Notes: generated by a model from the sequence alone, not told the origin. A DNA stretch of 64,000 nt from Candidatus Lustribacter sp. (GCA_965277805.1 OZ255842.1:5280001-5344000); one strand, 5' to 3'; positions 1 to 10,816 are shown, numbered from the stretch's first letter. Numbers and translations are program-made.

Positions 1-830
1 TGCTCTGGGCCGCATACGTGGCCGACGATGCGATGATCGAGACGCTGAAGATCGGCACGCGAAAGAGCTCGACCGCGAGCAGCGGGTGCGTGAGGCGCAA
101 CTGGCGGTGGACGAATAGGCCCATCGCGGCGATCCCGATCGCGCCGGCGGCAGCATCGCCGAGCCCGGGGTGCGGGCGCGCAAAGGCATCGAGCGCATAG
201 AACAACGCGCCGAACGCAAGCGCGGCGAGCCCGGCCGACGGGTAGTCGAGTTTGGCGCCCGACTGCGGAATGTGCGGAAGAAAGCGCCAGCCGAGCACGA
301 GCGCTGCGAGCGCAAACGGAATGATGAACGCAAAGATCCAGTGCCACGACGCGAAGGCCAGGATCAGGCCGCCGAGCGTCGGTCCGCTGACCGTGCCGAC
401 GGCGACGAACGTGGTGTTCACGGCGAGCGCGCGGCCGAGTTGTGACGGCGGAAACAGCGCGCGGTTGAGCGTGTTGACGGTGACGATCACGGCGGAGCCG
501 CCGAGACCTTGCAGCACGCGCAACAGCACGAGCACCGTGAAATTCGGCGCCAGCGCGCAGCCGAGCGTTGCGAGCGCGAACACGAACATCCCGCCGAGGT
601 AGAGCCGCTTCGAGCCGCGCGCGTCGCCGGGCCGCGCCGAAAAAGAGCAGCGTCATCGTCGTCGCGAGCTGCACGCCGTTGACGACCCAGATCGACTGGG
701 CCGACGTGATGTGGAAGCTCGTGACGATCGTCGGCAGCGCCGTGTTGGTGATCGAACTCGAGATCGACGTGATGAACGTCCCGAGCGCGGTTGCCGTGAG
801 CGCCAGCAGGCGCCCGGATGGGGCTTTAAG
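1..830 (-). pseudogene. DHA2-type MFS transporter, frameshifted near 630; 3' end runs off the window
   Basis: Manual minus-strand translation: ...TALPTIVTSFHITSAQSIWVVNGVQLATTMTLLFFGA, then in a shifted frame GDARGSKRLYLGGMFVFALATLGCALAPNFTVLVLLRVLQGLGG. Resembles the MFS at 61831-63270. Start codon unclear. Confidence 0.7.
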
Positions 831-1707
831 CGAAGGCTTGTTCCGCGTGGTAGGAACTGCGCGACAGCGGACTCGATACGACCTGACGGAAGCCCTTGGA
901 GACGCCGAGATCGCGCAGCCGCGCGAACTTCTCGGGCGTGACGAACTCGACGACCTTGAGATGCCGTTTGGTCGGCTGCAAATACTGTCCCATGGTGAAA
1001 ATGTCGACGCCGATCGCGCGCGCGTCGTCCATCGCTTGCTCGATCTCGGCTTCCGTTTCACCCAAGCCCAACATCAGCGATGTCTTCGTGTAGCGGACTT
1101 TGCCGCTCTTCTTCGCATGATCGAGGATCGCGAGCGACTGCTTGTACGTCGCGCGCCGATCGCGCACGCTCGCCTGCAGGCGGGAAACGGTTTCGAGGTT
1201 GTGCGCGAGCACTTCGGGCTGCGCGTCGAGCACGATGTCGAGTGCGGCGAGATCGCCGGCGAAATCACCGGTAAGACATTCGACTTTCGACCCCGGCGAT
1301 TTTTTGTGGATCTGCCGCACGGTGTTGGCGAAGATCGTGGCGCCGCCGTCGGCGAGATCGTCGCGGTCGACCGCCGTCAAGACGAGGTAGTTCCAACCCA
1401 GTTCGGCGACCGCTTCGGCTACGCGTCTGGGTTCGAGCCAATCGACCTCGCCCTTGGGCGAGCCCGTCTTCACGTTGCAGAAGTGGCAGCCGCGCGTGCA
1501 CGTGTCGCCGAGAATCATGATCGTGGCGGTGCCGGCGCCCCAGCACTCGCCGAGGTTCGGGCACATCGCCTCTTGGCACACCGTGTGCAGATCGAGCCGC
1601 TTCACGTTGGCCTTGACGTGCTCGTACGCTTCGCCGCGCGGCAGCTGCACCTTCAGCCACGGGGGCTTGCGCGCTGGTTGCGGGTTGATCAGGTCGATCG
1701 TTTCCAT
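826..1707 (-). CDS. lipA: Lipoyl synthase
   Basis: CQEAMCPNLGEC and CTRGCHFC motifs, C-terminal RSSYHA; start trimmed to METIDL. Confidence 0.95.
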   Translation of the reverse strand: METIDLINPQPARKPPWLKVQLPRGEAYEHVKANVKRLDLHTVCQEAMCPNLGECWGAGTATIMILGDTCTRGCHFCNVKTGSPKGEVDWLEPRRVAEAVAELGWNYLVLTAVDRDDLADGGATIFANTVRQIHKKSPGSKVECLTGDFAGDLAALDIVLDAQPEVLAHNLETVSRLQASVRDRRATYKQSLAILDHAKKSGKVRYTKTSLMLGLGETEAEIEQAMDDARAIGVDIFTMGQYLQPTKRHLKVVEFVTPEKFARLRDLGVSKGFRQVVSSPLSRSSYHAEQAFA

Positions 1708-1714
1708 GACTCTT

Positions 1715-2389
1715 TTATCTCGACGCTGCGAGCAGCGGCGCGGTTGCGGAAGCGTCCTCGAAGCGCAGGTTGAATTCGGCTTCGAGCGCCGGCAGCAGCG
1801 CATCGCGCGCTTCGGCCCAGCTGACGTCGCGGCCGAGTTCGCGGGTGATCGACGTAATGCCGAACTCGGGCGTTCCACACGGCGTGATCAGGCGGTCGTA
1901 GTCGAGCACGGTGTTCGCGTTGAGCGCGAGCCCGTGTAGCGACGTCATCTTTTGCACGGCGAGGCCGACGGCGCAAATCGCCTTGTCGCCGACGTACACG
2001 CCGCGATGTTCCTTACGCCCAGCCGCGCTTATCCCGAAGGTCGCGAGCGCCGCAATCACCGCGCGCTCGAGTGCCGAGACGAAGGGCACAACTTCGCGAA
2101 AGCGCGGCAGCTTGCGAATCGGGTAGACGACCAGCTGCCCCGGCCCGTGATAGGTCACGTCGCCGCCGCGTTCGACGTCGACGACGTCGACGCCGCGGGC
2201 GGCCAGCAGTGGGCGCGCGACGAGCACGTTCTCGTCTTTCGCCCGGCGTCCGAGCGTGATGACCGGATCGTGTTCGACGACGAGCCACGTATCGGGCTCG
2301 CGCCCTTCGGCGACGGCTGCGTGCAGCGAACGTTGCAGCGCCCATACCTCACGGTACGGGCGCCGGCCGAGATCGAGCAGCCGGGCCAT
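1715..2389 (-). CDS. lipB: Lipoyl(octanoyl) transferase
   Basis: RGGDVTYHGPGQLVVYP, HGLALN, ITPCG. Confidence 0.93.
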   Translation of the reverse strand: MARLLDLGRRPYREVWALQRSLHAAVAEGREPDTWLVVEHDPVITLGRRAKDENVLVARPLLAARGVDVVDVERGGDVTYHGPGQLVVYPIRKLPRFREVVPFVSALERAVIAALATFGISAAGRKEHRGVYVGDKAICAVGLAVQKMTSLHGLALNANTVLDYDRLITPCGTPEFGITSITRELGRDVSWAEARDALLPALEAEFNLRFEDASATAPLLAASR

Positions 2390-2401
2390 CGCCGTTTGCG
2401 C

Positions 2402-3850
2402 TTAGACCGCCGCGGGTTGCTTGGCGGGCTTGGGGTTGGGGATGTGGATCGCTTTACCGTGCATCGCTTCGGCCGCGTCCATGATGGACTCGGTGAGCGT
2501 CGGATGCGGATGGATCGAAAGGCCGATGTCTTCGACCGTCGCGCCCATCTCGAGCGCGATGAGGCCTTCGCCGATCAACGATTCGGCTTGCGGCGCGACG
2601 ATGTGCATGCCGAGCAAGAGATCGGTTTTCGCATCGCCGATCAGCTTGATCAACCCGTCGGTCTCGTTCATCGTGCGCGCGCGCCCCGATGCCAAGAGCG
2701 GGAACTTCCCGATCTTGATCGTGTAGCCGGCGGCTTTGGCTTCCTCTTCCGAGAGGCCGACGGTGGCGACTTCGGGATCGGTGTAGACGCAGTTCGGAAT
2801 CGCGACCGGATCGAACGCCGAGGCCTTGTCGCCGGCGATGACTTCCGCCGCCACGACGCCCTCTTTCATCGCCTTGTGCGCGAGCAGCGGGCCGCCGGTA
2901 ATGTCGCCGATCGCGTAGATGCCGTCGACGGCGGTCTTGCGCTGCGCATCGACGTCGATGAAGCCTTTCTCGTTGATCTTGAGACCGGCCGCTTCGAGGT
3001 TCAGCCCGTCGGTTACCGGACGTCGGCCGACGGCGACGAGCACCATGTCGAACTCGCGCGTTTCGGGCTTGCCGCTCGTATACTCGCCGTTGAAGGTGGC
3101 TTTGACTTTCTGGTCGCCGGTTTTCTCGATCGTCTCAACCTTGGTCGAGAGCGCGATCTCGATGCCTTGCTTTTTGAGGATGCGGCCGAGCGTTTTCGAG
3201 ATCTCGAGATCGGTGCCGGTCAAAATGTTGGCCAGCGCTTCGACCACGAGCACGTTCGCGCCGAAGCGCGTATAAACAGTCGCGAACTCGAGACCGATCA
3301 CGCCGCCGCCGACGATCAGCAAGTTCTTCGGAATGCGTTTGAGCTGCACGGCGTCATCGGAGTTGATGATCGTGTCGCCGTCGTGCGGCCACGCCTTGAC
3401 GTCGATCGGTGCGCCGCCGGTGGCAATCACGATCGCTTGCGCGGTGTACTCGTCGGTCGTGCCGTCTTTCTTCTTGAGCGAAACCGTGTTCTTGCCGGTG
3501 AACGACGCCTGGCCGTACGCAAACGTCACGTTGTTCGCCTTGAACAGCGAATTGACGCCGCCGACGTTGCCCTTCACGACCTTGTCTTTGAACCCGACCA
3601 CGCCTTCGCGGTCGACTTCGGCCTTCGGCACCTTGATACCGATTTCGGCGGCGTGATCGATCTGGCGCGTGATCTCGCCGACGTGCAGCAGCGCCTTCGT
3701 CGGAATGCAGCCCCAGTTGAGGCAAACGCCCCCGACTTCGTCGCGGTCGAAGCACACGACGTTCTTGCCCAGCTGACCGAGGCGGATCGCTGCGTGATAG
3801 CCGCCCGGGCCTGCGCCGATCACGAGTGCGTCGACGTTAATTGATGCCAT
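2402..3850 (-). CDS. lpdA: Dihydrolipoyl dehydrogenase (E3)
   Basis: [27 protein letters not shown]. Confidence 0.96.
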   Translation of the reverse strand: MASINVDALVIGAGPGGYHAAIRLGQLGKNVVCFDRDEVGGVCLNWGCIPTKALLHVGEITRQIDHAAEIGIKVPKAEVDREGVVGFKDKVVKGNVGGVNSLFKANNVTFAYGQASFTGKNTVSLKKKDGTTDEYTAQAIVIATGGAPIDVKAWPHDGDTIINSDDAVQLKRIPKNLLIVGGGVIGLEFATVYTRFGANVLVVEALANILTGTDLEISKTLGRILKKQGIEIALSTKVETIEKTGDQKVKATFNGEYTSGKPETREFDMVLVAVGRRPVTDGLNLEAAGLKINEKGFIDVDAQRKTAVDGIYAIGDITGGPLLAHKAMKEGVVAAEVIAGDKASAFDPVAIPNCVYTDPEVATVGLSEEEAKAAGYTIKIGKFPLLASGRARTMNETDGLIKLIGDAKTDLLLGMHIVAPQAESLIGEGLIALEMGATVEDIGLSIHPHPTLTESIMDAAEAMHGKAIHIPNPKPAKQPAAV

Positions 3851-3889
3851 AACTCTCCTAGAACCTAGTGAAAACGAACGTTGGTTTCG

Positions 3890-5587
3890 TTAAAGAAGTG
3901 AGCGGCGCATATCGGCGAGCACGCCCGACAAGAAGGTGACGAACCGGGCCGCTTGCGCGCCGTCGATGACCCGGTGATCGTATGAGAACGAGAGCGGCAA
4001 GATCAGCCGCGGGTTGAAGGCCTTGCCGTCCCAGACCGGCTTCATCGACGTGCGCGATGCCCCGAGGATCGCGACTTCGGGCGCGTTGATGATCGGCGTG
4101 AAATACGTGCCGCCGATGCCGCCGAGACTCGAGATCGTGAACGTGGCGCCGATCATGTCGCCCATGCCGAGCTTGCCGTCACGCGCCTTCTTCGAGAGAT
4201 CCGTCATGTCGCGCGCGATATCGAACACGCCTTTCTTGTCGGCGTCCTTGACGACCGGAACGACGAGACCGTTCGGGGTGTCGGCCGCGAAGCCGATGTT
4301 GTAGTACTGCTTGAGCACCAGCTCCTCGCCGTCGAGCGAGCTGTTGACGGCGGGGTACTTCTTGAGCGCGGCGACCGATGCTTTGATGATCAACGCCAGC
4401 ATCGTGAGCTTGACGTCCTTTTGCTCGTTGTTCATCGCGACGCGGAACGCTTCGAGATCGGTCACGTCGGCGTCTTCGCACTGCGTGACGTGCGGGATCA
4501 TCGCCCAGTTGCGCGCCAGGTTGGGCCCCGAGAGCTTCTGGATGCGCGTCAGCGGGACGCGTTCGATCGGCCCGAATTTTGTGAAATCGACTTTCGGCCA
4601 CGGCAGCAACTGCAAACCCGTTCCGCCGGCGACGCCGTTGGACGGGGTGGCCGGCGGATTCGCCAGCGTTTGTTTGACGAAGCCTTGCACGTCTTCGCGT
4701 GTGATCCGGCCATTGGGTCCGCTGCCGCGCACGGCGCCGAGCGTGACGCCGAGTTCGCGCGCAAAGCGCCGGATCGCCGGGCTCGCGTGAACGATCAGTC
4801 CGTTGCCGGCGTGCCCGTTGGTTGCCGCAGGCGTTGCGGGCGCTGTAGCCGCGGGCGCTGCAGCGGCGGCGGGTGCCGGTGCCGGAGTTGCGGGTGCTGC
4901 AGCGGCGGGCGCGGGCGCGGTGGGCGCCGCTGCGGGTGCGGCAGCAGAGGCCGCCGTCTCGACGATGGCCAGCACGTCGCCTTGCGAGACTTTGTCGCCG
5001 ACGCGCACTTTAACGTCACGAATTTTCCCCGCGCTCGTCGCGGGAACTTCCATGGTGGCTTTTTCGCTCTCGAGTTCGACCAGCGGCGCGTCTTTCTCGA
5101 TCGTATCACCGGTGTTGATGAACACCGTGATCACCGGTACGCCGGTGAAGCCGCCGATATCGGGAACCGTCAGTTCCGTCACGGTCGCGGGGCCGGGTGC
5201 CGCAGCACCATTTGGCGCGGGAGCCGCGGCTGGTGCAGATGCTGGTGCCGGTGCGGCTGCGGGTGCCGGCGCCGAAGCGGGTGCGGCGGCTTGCGGTGCT
5301 GCCGCGGCCGGCGCGGGAGCTGCCGCGGGTGCCGGAGCGCCGGCAGCGTCGGCCGTCTCAACGCTGATCAGCACGCTGCCTTCGCTGACTTTATCGCCGA
5401 CCTTCACCTTGATGTCTTTGACCACGCCGGCCAGCGTCGACGGAACCTCCATCGTCGCTTTGTCCGACTCGAGCGTCACGAGCGGCGCGTCTTTCGCGAT
5501 CGTGTCGCCCGCCGCAACGAGTACCTCGATCACGGGCACATCGTTGAAGCCGCCAATATCGGGAACCTTGACCTCGGCTAGAGCCAT
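3890..5587 (-). CDS. aceF: Dihydrolipoyllysine acetyltransferase (E2) with two lipoyl domains
   Basis: ESDKATMEVP and ESEKATMEVP lipoyl sites, ASPAIRRFARE E3-binding domain, DHRVIDG. Confidence 0.95.
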   Translation of the reverse strand: MALAEVKVPDIGGFNDVPVIEVLVAAGDTIAKDAPLVTLESDKATMEVPSTLAGVVKDIKVKVGDKVSEGSVLISVETADAAGAPAPAAAPAPAAAAPQAAAPASAPAPAAAPAPASAPAAAPAPNGAAAPGPATVTELTVPDIGGFTGVPVITVFINTGDTIEKDAPLVELESEKATMEVPATSAGKIRDVKVRVGDKVSQGDVLAIVETAASAAAPAAAPTAPAPAAAAPATPAPAPAAAAAPAATAPATPAATNGHAGNGLIVHASPAIRRFARELGVTLGAVRGSGPNGRITREDVQGFVKQTLANPPATPSNGVAGGTGLQLLPWPKVDFTKFGPIERVPLTRIQKLSGPNLARNWAMIPHVTQCEDADVTDLEAFRVAMNNEQKDVKLTMLALIIKASVAALKKYPAVNSSLDGEELVLKQYYNIGFAADTPNGLVVPVVKDADKKGVFDIARDMTDLSKKARDGKLGMGDMIGATFTISSLGGIGGTYFTPIINAPEVAILGASRTSMKPVWDGKAFNPRLILPLSFSYDHRVIDGAQAARFVTFLSGVLADMRRSLL

Positions 5588-5590
5588 GCT

Positions 5591-8287
5591 TTACACCGTC
5601 ATCGGATTGGGCTTCTCAACGTCGAGGCCGAAGGCCGCGATCGCTTTGCCGAGCACGTCCGTTTGGATCGTCCCGGCATCTGCCAGAGCTTTGAGTGCCG
5701 CAAGCGCGACCCAGCGGCGATCGACTTCGAAGAACGAGCGCAACTGCTCGCGCGTGTCACTGCGGCCGTAGCCGTCGGTGCCGAGCGCAACGAACGGTCC
5801 TTTGACGAACTGCCGGATCTGATCGCTGTACGTCTTCATGTAGTCCGTCGAGCAGATGACCGGATCGTTCGTGCCGTTGAGCATGTCGGCAACCCACGAT
5901 GACCGCGGCTTCTCGGTGGGGTGCAGAAGGTTCCAGCGTTCGGCGGCGAGGCCGTCGCGACGCAGTTCGTTCATGCTCGTCGCGCTGTACACGTCCGCGA
6001 CGACGCCGTAGTCCTTGAGCAGCCCCACGGCGGCCTCGACTTCGCGCAAGATCGTGCCCGAGCCGAGCAGGCGCACGCGCGGCGCGCCTTTCTTGCCCTC
6101 GCCCTTGGCGAGCAGGTAGAGGCCTTTGAGGATGCCTTCCTCCACGCCGGCCGGCATCGCCGGATGGTGGTAGTTCTCGTTCATCACCGTGAGGTAGTAG
6201 AACACGTCTTCTTGCTCGCCGATCATACGGCGCAGACCGTCCTGGATGATCACGGCAAGTTCGTAGGCGTAGGTCGGATCGTAGGAGACGCAGTTCGGGA
6301 TAAACGAGGCCATAATGTGGCTCTGTCCGTCCTCGTGCTGCAGGCCTTCACCGTTGAGCGTCGTGCGGCCGGCGGTGCCGCCCATCAGGAAACCGCGCGA
6401 ACGCAAGTCGCCGGCGGCCCAGATGAAATCGCCGATGCGCTGGAACCCGAACATCGAGTAGAAGATGAAGAACGGGATCATCTGCTTGCCGTGCGTCGAG
6501 TACGACGTTGCGGCGGCCATCCACGACGAAACCGCGCCGGCCTCGTTGATGCCCTCTTGCAGAATCTGACCGGTCTTGTCTTCGCGGTACCACATCAACT
6601 GATCCGCGTCTTGAGGACGGTAGAGCTGTCCGAGCGGCTGATACATGCCGACTTGGCGGAACATGCCTTCCATGCCGAACGTGCGCGTTTCATCGGAGAC
6701 GATCGGCACCAAACGCGGTCCGACGACTTTGTCGCGGATCAGCGCGCTGAGCGCGCGCGAGTACGCCATCGTGGTCGAGAACTCGCGCTCGCCGCTGTCT
6801 TCGAGCAGCGCCTTGAACGCATCGAGCTTCGGCACCGGCAGCGGCGCTTCGACGTTGCGGCGGCGTACCGGATACTGTCCGCCGAGCGCGGCTTCGCGCT
6901 CGCGCAGATACTCCATCTCGGGACTCTTCTCGTCCGGCCGGATATAGGGGATGTTTTCGATCTCCTTATCCGAGATCGGAATCGAAAAGCGGTCGCGGAA
7001 CATGCGCAGCTGATCTTCGGCCAGCTTCTTCGTGTTGTGCGCGATGTTCATGCCTTCGCCGGCCGTACCGAGGCCGTAGCCCTTGACGGTTTTGGCGAGG
7101 ATCACCGTGGGGCCGCCGGTGTGTTCGACCGCGGCTTTGTAGGCAGCGTAGACTTTGTAGGGATCGTGTCCGCCGCGATTGAGCTTCCAGACGTCCTCGT
7201 CGGACCAATCGGCGACGAGCGCGCGCGTTTCGGGATACTTGCCGAAGAAGTTCTCGCGCACGTAGGCGCCGTCGCGCGATTTGTACGTTTGATAATCGCC
7301 GTCGAGCGTTTCGCCCATCAAGCGCACGAGCGCGCCGGTGGGGTCGTTCGCCAAGAGCGGATCCCAGCGCCGGCCCCAAATCACTTTAAGCACGTTCCAG
7401 CCGGAGCCGCGGAAGTGCGCTTCGAGTTCTTGGATGATCTTGCCGTTGCCGCGTACCGGACCGTCGAGCCGCTGCAAGTTGCAGTTGATCACGAAGATCA
7501 GGTTGTCGAGGTTCTCGCGCGAAGCGATGCCGAGACCGGCCAGCGTTTCGGGCTCGTCGACTTCACCGTCGCCGATGAAGCACCAGACCTTGCGGCCGCT
7601 CGTATCTTCGATACCGCGATCGTGTAGGTACTTCATGAAGCGCGCTTGGTACACGGCCTGCAGCGGCCCGAGGCCCATCGACACGGTCGGGAAGTTCCAG
7701 AAATCCGGCAGCAGCCACGGATGCGGATACGAACTCAGACCGTTGCCGTCGACTTCGCGCCGGAACGAATCGAGTTTCTCTTCCGAAAGCCGCCCGTCGA
7801 CGAATGCCCGCGCGTAAACGCCGGGCGAGGCATGGCCTTGGAAGTAAACGAGATCGCCGCCGTGATTCGCCGACGGCGGATGCCAGAAGTGATTGAAGCC
7901 GACGTCCATCAGCGTTGCCGACGATTGGAACGTCGCAACGTGGCCGCCAAGTCCGTCGAAATGTTTGTTCGCGCGCACGACCATCGCCATCGCGTTCCAG
8001 CGCGAGTAGTGACGCAGTTTTTCTTCGATGTCGTGATTGCCCGGAAACGTCGGCTGCGCGTGAACCGGGATCGTGTTCACGTACGGCGTCGTCAGCGTGA
8101 TCGGGATGTCGGCGCCGCGCGTGCGTGCGCGCACCGTCAACGCTTCGATGATTTCGCGCGCGCGCTGCGGGCCCTCAGCAGAAATGACGCCGTCGAGGGC
8201 CTCGATCCACTCGTCCGTTTCGCGGGGGTCGGGCTCGGCCGCGGACTTTCCGTTCACGGCGATGGTGGGGGTCGTCACATCTAGCAT
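5591..8287 (-). CDS. aceE: Pyruvate dehydrogenase E1, homodimeric type
   Basis: FPTVSMGLGP, GDGE ThDP motif, NCNLQRLDGPVRGNGKIIQELE. Confidence 0.96.
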   Translation of the reverse strand: MLDVTTPTIAVNGKSAAEPDPRETDEWIEALDGVISAEGPQRAREIIEALTVRARTRGADIPITLTTPYVNTIPVHAQPTFPGNHDIEEKLRHYSRWNAMAMVVRANKHFDGLGGHVATFQSSATLMDVGFNHFWHPPSANHGGDLVYFQGHASPGVYARAFVDGRLSEEKLDSFRREVDGNGLSSYPHPWLLPDFWNFPTVSMGLGPLQAVYQARFMKYLHDRGIEDTSGRKVWCFIGDGEVDEPETLAGLGIASRENLDNLIFVINCNLQRLDGPVRGNGKIIQELEAHFRGSGWNVLKVIWGRRWDPLLANDPTGALVRLMGETLDGDYQTYKSRDGAYVRENFFGKYPETRALVADWSDEDVWKLNRGGHDPYKVYAAYKAAVEHTGGPTVILAKTVKGYGLGTAGEGMNIAHNTKKLAEDQLRMFRDRFSIPISDKEIENIPYIRPDEKSPEMEYLREREAALGGQYPVRRRNVEAPLPVPKLDAFKALLEDSGEREFSTTMAYSRALSALIRDKVVGPRLVPIVSDETRTFGMEGMFRQVGMYQPLGQLYRPQDADQLMWYREDKTGQILQEGINEAGAVSSWMAAATSYSTHGKQMIPFFIFYSMFGFQRIGDFIWAAGDLRSRGFLMGGTAGRTTLNGEGLQHEDGQSHIMASFIPNCVSYDPTYAYELAVIIQDGLRRMIGEQEDVFYYLTVMNENYHHPAMPAGVEEGILKGLYLLAKGEGKKGAPRVRLLGSGTILREVEAAVGLLKDYGVVADVYSATSMNELRRDGLAAERWNLLHPTEKPRSSWVADMLNGTNDPVICSTDYMKTYSDQIRQFVKGPFVALGTDGYGRSDTREQLRSFFEVDRRWVALAALKALADAGTIQTDVLGKAIAAFGLDVEKPNPMTV

Positions 8288-8341
8288 AAATCTGTCCTCG
8301 ACGGCCTCTTCGCTGACGTGCGAAGCATTTCTGCAAGACCG

Positions 8342-8451
8342 TAGCAGCCCGGGACAAGTCGTGTACCGTCCAAACGGGCTGCTAGGCCATCCAATTCAGC
8401 AGGCGGACTGCCCTTTATAGGGGATTGGCTCGTTAGCGGCCCGAATTGGAT
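8342..8451. promoter_or_regulatory. Divergent aceE/MocR intergenic region with inverted repeats
   Basis: TAGCAGCCCG (8342-8351) / CGGGCTGCTA (8375-8384); ATCCAATTC (8389-8397) / GAATTGGAT (8443-8451). Confidence 0.55.
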
Positions 8452-8456
8452 CGCTC

Positions 8457-9911
8457 GTGACGTCAAATGGCTGGGCTCCCGAGGCCCTCGTCATCGACCG
8501 CGAGAGCATCGTGCCGATCTATCGGCAGCTCTACGAGCGGCTGCGCGAGCAAATCCTTACCGGCGCCCTGCCCGAGGGCACGCGGCTCCCGCCCGAACGG
8601 GCGCTGGCCGACCGGCTCGGGGTCAACCGCAGCACGATCGTCCACGGATACCGGGAGCTGGTGGCCGACGGCCTGATCGAGCAGCGCGTCGGCTCGGGCT
8701 CGCGCGTTGCGCCCTTGCGCGATGGGGTGCCGGAGCGAAGCGCCGCCGGCGTGCCGTGGTGGGTCACGCTGCCGTCGTGGCGGGTGGGACAGTACCCGGC
8801 GGTGCTGGGCGAGCTCGCGGCCTCGGAGCATGGTGAGCAGATCGCGTTCGTGCAGGGCGTGCCGCCGGCGGAGCCGTCGCCCTTGGCAGAGCTCTCGGCG
8901 TCGTTCGCCCGCGTCGGCGGCAACGTCAACTACGTTCTCACGTACGGCGATAGCGAAGGGTACGCGCCGCTGCGCGAAGCGGTCGCCGCCCGGATGCGCG
9001 GGCGCGGCGCCGCGATCGACGCGCGCGACGTGATGATGCTGACCGGCTCGACGCAGGGGATCAGCCTGGTCGCGCAATCGCTCGCGGAACCGGGTGATGA
9101 GATCGTCGTCGAAGCGCCGACCTATCCGGGCGCGCTGCAGATCTTCCAGATCCACGGCTTGCGCGCGATCCCCGTCCCGGTCGACGAGCAGGGCGTGCGC
9201 GTCGATCACATCGAGGCGATCCTGCGCACGCGGCGCCCGCGCTTCATTTACACGATGCCCTCGCTGCACAATCCCACCGGCGTGACGCTCAGCGAAGAGC
9301 GCCGCGAGCGGCTCGTCATGCTAGCGCGGCGCTGGGGCGTGCCGATCGTGGAAGACGATCCGTACGGCGAACTCGCGCAGTCGTCGCTCGCGCCGCTCAT
9401 TGCGCGCGGCAGCGACGACGTCATCTATCTCTCGAGCTTCAGCAAAACGATCGCGCCGTCGCTGCGGCTGGGCTGGATGGTCGCGCCGCGCACGATCTAC
9501 GATCGCCTGCTGTTGCGCAAACAATCGTACGACATGGCGACCAGCATGTACATCCAAGCCGGTGTCGACGACTTCATGCGCACCGCGTACGACGCGCACA
9601 TGCGCGCGCTGCGCACGGAGCTGGCGACGCGCCGCGCGATCGCGAACGCGGCGATCGCGAAGTACTGGCCGCCGACCTTGCGTGTCGATCCGAACGCCGA
9701 CGGCTATTACGTATGGGCCGGCGCACCGCGCGAATTTCGCGCTCGCGCGCTGTTGGCCAGCGCGGAACGGCTGGGCGTGTCGTTTCTGTTCGGTGAAGCG
9801 TTCTTCGCGCAGGGCGGCGGCGACCACCACATCCGCCTCGCGCTGACCCCGGTGCCGCGCGAGGCGATCGAAGAAGGTATCGCGCGGATCGGCCGGGTCG
9901 TTTCGGCATGA
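8457..9911 (+). CDS. GntR/MocR-family regulator (wHTH + PLP aminotransferase-like domain)
   Basis: N-terminal LPPERALADRLGVNRSTI HTH; HNPTG, EDDPY, SFSKTIAPSLRLGW. Confidence 0.92.
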   Translation: MTSNGWAPEALVIDRESIVPIYRQLYERLREQILTGALPEGTRLPPERALADRLGVNRSTIVHGYRELVADGLIEQRVGSGSRVAPLRDGVPERSAAGVPWWVTLPSWRVGQYPAVLGELAASEHGEQIAFVQGVPPAEPSPLAELSASFARVGGNVNYVLTYGDSEGYAPLREAVAARMRGRGAAIDARDVMMLTGSTQGISLVAQSLAEPGDEIVVEAPTYPGALQIFQIHGLRAIPVPVDEQGVRVDHIEAILRTRRPRFIYTMPSLHNPTGVTLSEERRERLVMLARRWGVPIVEDDPYGELAQSSLAPLIARGSDDVIYLSSFSKTIAPSLRLGWMVAPRTIYDRLLLRKQSYDMATSMYIQAGVDDFMRTAYDAHMRALRTELATRRAIANAAIAKYWPPTLRVDPNADGYYVWAGAPREFRARALLASAERLGVSFLFGEAFFAQGGGDHHIRLALTPVPREAIEEGIARIGRVVSA

Positions 9912-10810
9912 CCCCCGGTTCGCTGCTCGACTGGTACCGCGTGCACGGCCGAGCGCATCTGCCCTGGCGGCAGACGCGCGATCCGTATCGCATCGTGGTC
10001 AGCGAATTCATGCTGCAGCAAACGCAAGTCGATCGCGTGATCCCGCTCTACGAAGCGTTCATCGCGGCCTTTCCGGATTTTGCAACGCTCGCCGCGGCCG
10101 AGGCCGGCGACGCCATGCGAATGTGGCGTGGGCTCGGCTATAATTCGCGCGCGATCAGGTTGCATGCGCTGGCGCGCGCCGTCGTCGAACGGCACGGCGG
10201 TGCGTTGCCGAGCGATCGCGTCGCGTTGCTCGCGCTACCCGGCATCGGACCGTATACGGCGTCGGCCGTGCGAGCGTTCGCGTTCGAACTCGACGACGTC
10301 GCGCTCGATACGAACATCCGCCGGATCGCGCACCGTACCGGCTTCGGCCTCGAATATCCGGCGTCGCTCGCCTCCGACGCCGAACTCGACGCCCGCGCCC
10401 GCGCCGCGCTCGAACCCGGCACGGCGCACGACTGGAACTCCGCCATGATGGACGTCGGCGCCACGATCTGCACCGCTCGCGCGCCCAAGTGCCTGCTATG
10501 CCCCCTGCGCCCCGGCTGCGTCGCGGCGCCCGTCGATGCGGCCGCACTAGCCGTGCTGGCGCGCGCAAACAGCCGCCGCTCGCCACAAGAGTCGATCCCG
10601 TTCGAACGCACCACGCGCTTCCTGCGCGGCCGCATCATCGACCGCCTACGCGACGTCCCCCGCGGCGATTCACTGCGCGTGGACGAACTGATTGCCTCGC
10701 TCGCTACGATCGTCCCCGCCGACCGCATCACCGAAATCCCCGTCATCGCCGACGCCCTCGAACGCGACGGCATCATCGAACAAACCGCCGGCACCCTAAG
10801 GCTGCGCTAA
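9908..10810 (+). CDS. mutY: A/G-specific adenine glycosylase, short form
   Basis: LPWRQTRDPYRIVVSEFMLQQTQV, GLGYNSRA, LPGIGPYTA, CX6CX2CX5C. Confidence 0.9.
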   Translation: MTPGSLLDWYRVHGRAHLPWRQTRDPYRIVVSEFMLQQTQVDRVIPLYEAFIAAFPDFATLAAAEAGDAMRMWRGLGYNSRAIRLHALARAVVERHGGALPSDRVALLALPGIGPYTASAVRAFAFELDDVALDTNIRRIAHRTGFGLEYPASLASDAELDARARAALEPGTAHDWNSAMMDVGATICTARAPKCLLCPLRPGCVAAPVDAAALAVLARANSRRSPQESIPFERTTRFLRGRIIDRLRDVPRGDSLRVDELIASLATIVPADRITEIPVIADALERDGIIEQTAGTLRLR

Positions 10811-10816
10811 CAACAA

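Noticed and set aside
4810-5350. Ala/Pro-rich repetitive DNA in aceF
   Set aside because: Normal flexible linkers between lipoyl domains.
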